In this document: positions 58,056 to 64,000 of the stretch, one piece after another
Numbering within the stretch: position 1 is the stretch's first letter
Layout: each line of letters begins with the position of its first letter
NCBI GenBank assembly: GCA_963667925.1
Contig: OY764080.1
Coordinates: 2,961,310 to 3,025,309, forward strand
Direction of reading: 5' to 3'
From: Chloroflexota bacterium
GTDB taxonomy: Bacteria; Chloroflexota; UBA11872
DNA: 64,000 bases
Position numbers and translations under genes: made by a program
Notes under the pieces: model-generated
What the model saw: the letters and a program-made list of their open reading frames with translations, nothing else
Told to the model about the DNA's origin: nothing
The model's database searches: none

Positions 58056-59579
58056 TTAGACCTGGGCGCCGAGTTCTTGGAGGCGGTGGGTGAGGTTGGT
58101 GAGGGATTCGTTGGCGGAGAGTTCGTCGCGGATGATGCCGGCGTCGAGCTGGTTGACGAAGGCACCCCATTGGGGGCGGTCGATGGTTACGAAGTTGGCA
58201 GTCTGCATTATGTCAATAACCATTTGGGCGGCTTCGTCGCTGTAGGCGGGAAAGAGGCGGCGGAGGGCCTGGGGTTCGAGGCGCTGGGCGGGGACGTTGG
58301 CGACACGCTGGGTGTTGCGGTCGAGGGCGCGGAGCGCGTCGTAGGCGACTTTGGGTTCCTGGGTGCCGTTGCCGATTCCCATCATCATCCAGACACTGAC
58401 GGGGGCACCGCCGGAGCCGAAGCGGGGGAAGGGATAGAGGACGTTGTCGGGGCCGCGGCTGTTGGTCATCCAGCCGAAGCCAAGGCCTCCGAGGGACATG
58501 ATGAGCATGGCGATCTGGCCCTGGGTGTAGCGGTACCAGATGGGCGACCTATCGCTGTTGGCGCTTTCGGCGAGGCCGTAGGTGGTGGCGAGGTCGTAGT
58601 AGGTCTCGGCGATGGCCTTGGCCGAATCCGTCCGCAAAGGGGCGAATGAGCCCTGGCTGTCAGGAAGGGCGCCGAGGGCGGACTGGAGGAAGAGGAAGCT
58701 GGGCGACCAGCTCCACAGCTGGTCGGGGGCGCCCCACATGGGTTCGACGTTGAGGAGGAGTCCAAGGGTGTCGCTTCCGCCGGGGGCTTCGGGATCGCCG
58801 TGCATGGCGAGAGCGGCTTCAACGAAGGCCTGACCGTCCCAGGCGCTGCGGGGCGGGATTTCGTACTCGGCGGCGGCGGCCAGATCGCGGTTGACAACGG
58901 TGATCCAGGGCGAGGCGGCGACGGGGAGGGCGTATTGAACGCCTTGGACCTTGCCGGTTTCGAGGATGCCGGGCCAGTAGGCGCCGGGATTGAAGGTGGA
59001 GTCGCTGGTGAGGTGCTCATCAAGGGGCAGGAGCTTGTTGCCGGCGACGAGGTTGGCGAGGTCCCACTGCTCGAGCATGACGAGGTCGGTTCGGGCGTTG
59101 CCGAAGCCGTCGTCCACGGTTGAGGCGTAGTCCCAGCGGTAGCCGAAATTGGAGGGCAAGGGGGTGCGCGAGTACTTGTAACGCTGCTCGGTGTCCTGGC
59201 GGGCGGCGATTTCGGCGGAGAGGAGGATGGGTTCGACGTCCCAGTTGCCGCCGGCGAAGGTGGGGAGGGCGATGGAGATGGGGCGGTTGGCGCCGGCCTC
59301 CGGGAGGGCGCCTTCGCGGCTGGGAGCACGCTCGCCGGCGGAGACGACGACGGTGGGTTGGGGCGTTGAGGCGGATTCCGTGCGCTGGGTAGCGGCGCCC
59401 TGGGTTCGCTGGGTGGACGGAAGGACGGGCGGCTGGATTTTGGGGATCTCGGGCTCGCCGCAGGCGGCGGCGAGGGCACCGGCGCCGGCAATTGCGGCCA
59501 GGCGCAGGGCGCGGCGGCGGGTGAGGGAGCGGGGGGCCGCGAGGGAGTGGGTGGATTGGGTTGGGTGTTGCTGGGTCAT
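58056..59579 (-). CDS. ABC-transporter solute-binding lipoprotein (family 1), Tat signal
   Basis: TRRRALRLAAIAGAGALAAC lipoprotein/Tat signal; SBP_bac_1-like body. Confidence 0.8.
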   Translation of the reverse strand: MTQQHPTQSTHSLAAPRSLTRRRALRLAAIAGAGALAAACGEPEIPKIQPPVLPSTQRTQGAATQRTESASTPQPTVVVSAGERAPSREGALPEAGANRPISIALPTFAGGNWDVEPILLSAEIAARQDTEQRYKYSRTPLPSNFGYRWDYASTVDDGFGNARTDLVMLEQWDLANLVAGNKLLPLDEHLTSDSTFNPGAYWPGILETGKVQGVQYALPVAASPWITVVNRDLAAAAEYEIPPRSAWDGQAFVEAALAMHGDPEAPGGSDTLGLLLNVEPMWGAPDQLWSWSPSFLFLQSALGALPDSQGSFAPLRTDSAKAIAETYYDLATTYGLAESANSDRSPIWYRYTQGQIAMLIMSLGGLGFGWMTNSRGPDNVLYPFPRFGSGGAPVSVWMMMGIGNGTQEPKVAYDALRALDRNTQRVANVPAQRLEPQALRRLFPAYSDEAAQMVIDIMQTANFVTIDRPQWGAFVNQLDAGIIRDELSANESLTNLTHRLQELGAQV

Positions 59580-60381
59580 GGTGATGGCTCCGCCGCCCGG
59601 TGGCCGCAGGTCTCGCAGGCGGGACGGTGGGGCGGTCGGGGGTCGGGACCGATCGGGGGTCCGCGCTGATGGCCGGCGGGTGTTGGTTCTAGTTTATAGC
59701 GGGGGTGGTGGTGATTGGGTTCAGTCTGAACCGGTTGGCGCTCGGGTCACGACAGAGGCTCTCCGTTCCGTGCCGTCGGGCGGCTGTGCATCTGGCGGGA
59801 TGGAAGTTGGGCAGTCTCGATGCCATCCGGGATTTGCCGGGATCTGGCTTGGCAGGCATTCAGATCGAGCGCGAGCCTCCGGGAATCGCGGCCGCGATTC
59901 CCTCCCCGGATTCGATGGCTTCGATGGAACGATTCGGGCCGGACGGGCGTATTAACTGTCAGAGGGATCCTGCGGAGCGGTCCGTGAACACTGTTCGTGT
60001 CCCCTGGAAAGGCAGTTTCGCGTGGTGACGACGGCGCTTCTAATGCAGTCAACCAGGTTGGGTGACTGGTAGGCGTGCCCTTGCGCGTGGACGTGTTGCC
60101 GGGCGGAAGCACGGCGGTGGCCGCCAGGTGGCAACGTGAGCCTGTCGACAAAGAGACCGGTACTGAGCCGGTAGACCGAGTCTCGGCTGGCGGAAGGCGG
60201 TTCGGCGTGCGGGGGGGTGGATGTCGGCGAGCGTGACGCTGGCAGAGTGCCAGGGATGGGGGGAGCGGCGGGTTCGGTGTTACTACGATGCGCTGGAACT
60301 CTTCGTGCCGGGCGGGTGAGTCCGTAAGTGGGACGAGGACAGCCGGAGGGACGTGAGGGTCGCGATGGGGAGATTGGAGCG

Positions 60382-61989
60382 ATGACGTTGGATCGGCGGG
60401 TAACACGGCGGCGGGTGCTCAGGTTGACCGGCGGGCTCGCGCTGGGCCTGGCGGGCGTGGTGGCGCTAGCGGGATGTGGGGGGACTCAAGCAGTCGAGAA
60501 GATCGTGACACAGACAGTAGAGAAGACTGTCACCAAGGGAATCAAGCGACTCACAACAGTGCCTGCCGAGAAGAGCGTGACTCAGGCAGTACAGAGGATT
60601 GTCACTAAGGAAGTCAGGCGACTCACAGAGGTGCCTGTCGAGAAGACCAAGCAAGAGAACGTTCGAACGCCGAGGCCCACTCCAAGGCCACGTAGATGGC
60701 TCAACTATATCCGCTTCATGACGGACCACACGAGTGGTCCGCGCGGCGCGGCTTTATCGTGGGGACTGAAGAGGTTTGCGGAGTGGCAGCCGGCTTTCGA
60801 CGTGAAGCTTGAGCCGGCGCCGTACAACCAGAGCGAAGCGCTAGTTGCAGTGTTCGACGCGGGATACGAACCACATTTAATTCTCGCTGAGCAGTTGAGC
60901 TTTCTACGACTCCATCAAGAGGTCCACCTAACGGACATATCTCACTTATTGCCGAAGTTCGGAGTGGTAAAGGAGGAATACTACTTCGTGCCAGATATTT
61001 ACACATACAACAACGTCGACCACTCGCTGCCGCAGCCTGCGTTGATGGATGGCCCACAGTTCGGAATGCCGTTTCAGATGATCATCAGCGGATTCGTGGC
61101 CAACGCTTCCTTAGCGGAAAGCGCCGGCGTGCAGTTGCCGGATAGCGAGGACTCATGGACCTGGGACGACTGGATCGAATGGGATGCCGTGATGACCGAT
61201 CCCGAGACTGGGACGTTCGGTAGCTGGGCGCATGACGACTACCAGAATCAATATATGCCGCAGATGTATTCCACAGGTCTGAAGAAGCCGTTCGACGACG
61301 GGCTGACCAAGACGATGTTTGACCGGCCCCACGCTCTACGAGCGTGGGAGTACCTGATCAGCAAGATTCACGTACACAAGACGGCGCCGCCGCTCGATCA
61401 GATCAAGGAACTCGCTGGGGAGTATGGCAGTCCGTTCGACGCGGGACGAATTGGGCTCTGGCCATCCCATCGGGCGTACACAACCGGGTTTTCGATTCCG
61501 CGAATCAAGGATCGGTTCGAGTGGACACTGCTGCCAGCCGTCACCGCGCCGGGCGGCGTGCCGGCCGTGCATTCCTGGTCTGATCAGCCGAACCTCGTGA
61601 CTCGCGCAGCCGCGCTGGACCACGTCGTGGAGGAGGCCACAGCGTTGGCGGCGTTCCTGGCGAGCGAGGCGTACCAGCGACGGGTTGGTATCGAGCGTGG
61701 GCACATGCCGGTGCACAAGGCCGCTATTGGCGCGCCGGAGTCGCTGACGCCGCCGCCGCAAGGGATGAAGTGGCTGAAGTACTACGCGGACCGGCCCGAT
61801 AACCGGAGTCTCTTTCCGTTCAGCACGTGGCGGGACTGGTATGACAAGCACCGCGAGCTCGCCAGAAAGGGCTGGACGGGGGAGCAGACGCCGGCGGAGT
61901 CGTTGGAGGCATGCCAAGCGTGGGGTGTGGAGCATCTGTCGAGGTATGAGGGGCCACGGCCGTCTGTGCGTGAGCCGGTGTATCCGTAG
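60382..61989 (+). CDS. solute-binding lipoprotein paralogue (ATDHTSGPRG family), repetitive TQTVEK linker
   Basis: GGAG SD before the ATG at 60382; RRRVLRLTGG Tat signal and AGC lipobox; MTDHTSGPRGAALSW. Confidence 0.8.
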   Translation: MTLDRRVTRRRVLRLTGGLALGLAGVVALAGCGGTQAVEKIVTQTVEKTVTKGIKRLTTVPAEKSVTQAVQRIVTKEVRRLTEVPVEKTKQENVRTPRPTPRPRRWLNYIRFMTDHTSGPRGAALSWGLKRFAEWQPAFDVKLEPAPYNQSEALVAVFDAGYEPHLILAEQLSFLRLHQEVHLTDISHLLPKFGVVKEEYYFVPDIYTYNNVDHSLPQPALMDGPQFGMPFQMIISGFVANASLAESAGVQLPDSEDSWTWDDWIEWDAVMTDPETGTFGSWAHDDYQNQYMPQMYSTGLKKPFDDGLTKTMFDRPHALRAWEYLISKIHVHKTAPPLDQIKELAGEYGSPFDAGRIGLWPSHRAYTTGFSIPRIKDRFEWTLLPAVTAPGGVPAVHSWSDQPNLVTRAAALDHVVEEATALAAFLASEAYQRRVGIERGHMPVHKAAIGAPESLTPPPQGMKWLKYYADRPDNRSLFPFSTWRDWYDKHRELARKGWTGEQTPAESLEACQAWGVEHLSRYEGPRPSVREPVYP

Positions 61990-62006
61990 GTGGGATTGGG
62001 GGAGCT

Positions 62007-63608
62007 GTGAGCGAGGGACGGATGGCGGGTACGGGACGGTTGCCGGGTTTGGGGCGGCGGGTTTCGCGGCGGGGGGTACTGGGGTTGGTGGGGCGGTTGG
62101 GGCTGGGGGTTGGCGGAGCAGTGGCGTTGGGCGGGGTGGTGGCGAGTGGCCGGCCGCCGAAGGCGGTAGCAGCCGATCAGGTCACAGATTCGGACGATGC
62201 GCAGGTTGTGACGGAGCGGCGGCCGCACTCATATCCCGTAGAAGTGCGATATGCAACCGACCATGTCTTCGGACCGCGCGGCGACACGATGCAGTGGGGG
62301 TGGGAGCTATTTGCCCGAGTGTTCCCGCACATCTTGGTCCGTGTAGAGCCGCTTCGCAATGCTGTTACCGACCTGAGGAGATTCCTTGGTCCGAAGCCTC
62401 CACCGCTTCCGCTCAGCACGTATACGGGCGATGCTGTCCAGATTCAGCGCGCACTTTGGCAACGTGAAGCGGAGCCACCTCCTCACGTGGTGTTGCTGTC
62501 GCAGCAAGAGTTTCTGCGCTTCGGAGAATTGGGCGGCTTTCTTCAAATTGACGACGTGCTTGCCAAGTCCGACTATTTCCAGAGGGACGATCTCTACTTC
62601 GTGCCGGACACCTTTACAGATGCAGACAGTGGCCTCGACCACTCATTTCCGCAGCCTACGGTGATGGCAGGTCGCCAGTTCGGATTGCCGTTCGCGCTGT
62701 CAATCAGCGGATTCCTGGCCAACCAGTCGCTGGCCGATGACGCCGGTGTGAGGCTACCGGACAGCGAAGACTCTTGGACGTGGGACGGCTGGACGGAGTT
62801 TGACGCGATGATGACGGACCCAGAGCACGGGACTTTCGGCACGTGGGCGCGGGACGACTTTGCGGGCCAATACTTGCCGCAGATGTATACGAATGGACTA
62901 AAGAAGCCATTCGACGACGGCCTGACGAAGACCATGTTCGACCAGCCTGAAGCGTTAGAGGCGTGGACGTACATTATCGACAAGATCTTCGAACGGAAGA
63001 CGTCACCAACAGTGCGTGAAACCAGGAGCCTGTCTGGCGAGTACAGCAACCCATTTGTTGCCGGTAGAGTCGGGATCTGGCCGACCGACAGGGTTGGCGC
63101 AACTGGACTTAAGGCACCACAGATCGTCGACCGTTTCTCCTGGACCCTGTTGCCCGAAGTCGTCGCGCCGGGCGGCGGCCCACCTGGGCACTCGTGGTCA
63201 ATGCAGGCGAACCTTGTGACAGTCAGCGCCGAGCTAGACGGAAATGTTGAAGAAGCCACGCTGTTTGCCGAGTTCCTGGCTGGTGAAAGGTTTCAAGGAC
63301 AAGTCGGCATTGAGCGCGGGCACGTCCCGGTGCATAGATCTGTCATGGACAGTCCGGAATCGAAAGAGCCGCCGCCGGAGGGGATGAAGTGGCTGAAGGT
63401 GTATGCGGAGCGGCCGGACAACCGGAGCCCGTACCCGTTTGAGGGCTGGGAGACGTGGTGGCGGCATCACAAGGGGCTGGCCTGGAAGGGATGGTTTGGG
63501 ACGCAGTCGGCCGAAGAGTCGCTGGCGGCGTGCCAGGCCTGGGGTGAGCGGTATTTCTCGCTCTACGACGGGCCGAAGCCGTATGTGCGTGAGCCGGTGT
63601 ATGCGTAG
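62007..63608 (+). CDS. solute-binding protein paralogue (ATDHVFGPRG variant)
   Basis: About 60% identical to the previous gene; RRVSRRGVLGLVG Tat-like signal. Confidence 0.8.
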   Translation: MSEGRMAGTGRLPGLGRRVSRRGVLGLVGRLGLGVGGAVALGGVVASGRPPKAVAADQVTDSDDAQVVTERRPHSYPVEVRYATDHVFGPRGDTMQWGWELFARVFPHILVRVEPLRNAVTDLRRFLGPKPPPLPLSTYTGDAVQIQRALWQREAEPPPHVVLLSQQEFLRFGELGGFLQIDDVLAKSDYFQRDDLYFVPDTFTDADSGLDHSFPQPTVMAGRQFGLPFALSISGFLANQSLADDAGVRLPDSEDSWTWDGWTEFDAMMTDPEHGTFGTWARDDFAGQYLPQMYTNGLKKPFDDGLTKTMFDQPEALEAWTYIIDKIFERKTSPTVRETRSLSGEYSNPFVAGRVGIWPTDRVGATGLKAPQIVDRFSWTLLPEVVAPGGGPPGHSWSMQANLVTVSAELDGNVEEATLFAEFLAGERFQGQVGIERGHVPVHRSVMDSPESKEPPPEGMKWLKVYAERPDNRSPYPFEGWETWWRHHKGLAWKGWFGTQSAEESLAACQAWGERYFSLYDGPKPYVREPVYA

Positions 63609-63626
63609 GTGGGGCTAATGGGGATG

Positions 63627-64000
63627 GTGAGCGAGGGACGGATGGTGGGTACGGGACGGTTGCCGGGTTTGGGGCGGCGGGTTTCGCGGCGGGGGGTGCT
63701 GGGGTTGGTTGGGCGGTTGGGGTTGGGGGTTGGCGCAGCAGCCTTGGGTGGGATGTCGTTGGACTTCGAGAGGACTGCCGGTGCATTCAGCCCGAGGAAG
63801 GCCGCACGGGATCCGACAACTCCGACCGTGGGGGCCGACGTGCGGCCTCACTGGGAAACCGTGAAACTTCGCCTTGTCACCGACCACACGAGCGGCCCGC
63901 GGGGCGCGGTCATGGGGTGGGGAGCGGCTGAGTTCGAGAAGATCTACCCGTACTTCATCGTGCGGCTGGAATCCACGGTCACGCCGGCTCGCCTCCTAGG
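63627..64000 (+). CDS. solute-binding protein paralogue, 3'-truncated by window end
   Basis: First about 110 nt nearly identical to 62007-62115 (MVSEGRMVGTGRLPGLGRRVSRRGVLGLVGRLGLGVG); VTDHTSGPRG motif; no stop before the window end. Confidence 0.6.
   Translation, partial: MSEGRMVGTGRLPGLGRRVSRRGVLGLVGRLGLGVGAAALGGMSLDFERTAGAFSPRKAARDPTTPTVGADVRPHWETVKLRLVTDHTSGPRGAVMGWGAAEFEKIYPYFIVRLESTVTPARLL

Overview
This is a GC-rich (about 65-68% by eye) bacterial chromosomal segment with dense, mostly recognisable coding content. Taxon is an inference only: Tat lipoprotein solute-binding proteins with VEKVV-type linkers, cytoplasmic sulfatases and plant-like LRR lipoproteins suggest a Chloroflexota-like organism. 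From left to right the window holds: (i) a locus with four signal-peptide-less sulfatases (one with a degenerate C-x-P-x-R motif), an ankyrin protein, an alpha/beta hydrolase, a solute-binding protein and an MFS transporter; (ii) a roughly 5 kb accessory stretch (12.4-17.4 kb) with hicAB, two paralogous membrane proteins built from 33-bp/11-residue tandem repeats, a conserved ~70-bp upstream element in three copies, a DUF2330-like surface protein, and a low-GC island whose gene has an N-terminal NucS/DUF91-like PD-(D/E)xK nuclease domain fused to an AT-rich unknown C-terminal domain; (iii) aquaporin, a DUF559 endonuclease and a complete phoBR-pstSCAB-phoU cluster peppered with ~60-80-bp REP-like hairpin repeats (core CCCTCTCCC-ACRG-GGGAGAGGG); (iv) a quinone oxidoreductase gene followed by four tandem paralogous plant-type LRR lipoprotein genes, with 3' fragments of the oxidoreductase gene at 31.2 and 34.5 kb of the array; (v) assorted metabolic and transport genes, including a domain-V-only MutS-like ATPase; (vi) a tandem array of at least three near-identical orphan solute-binding-protein genes at the right edge. 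No rRNA, tRNA, CRISPR array, transposase or integrase was recognised. The most noteworthy candidates for something undescribed are the low-GC nuclease island next to hicAB and the repeat-protein modules, and the diversifying LRR-lipoprotein array.
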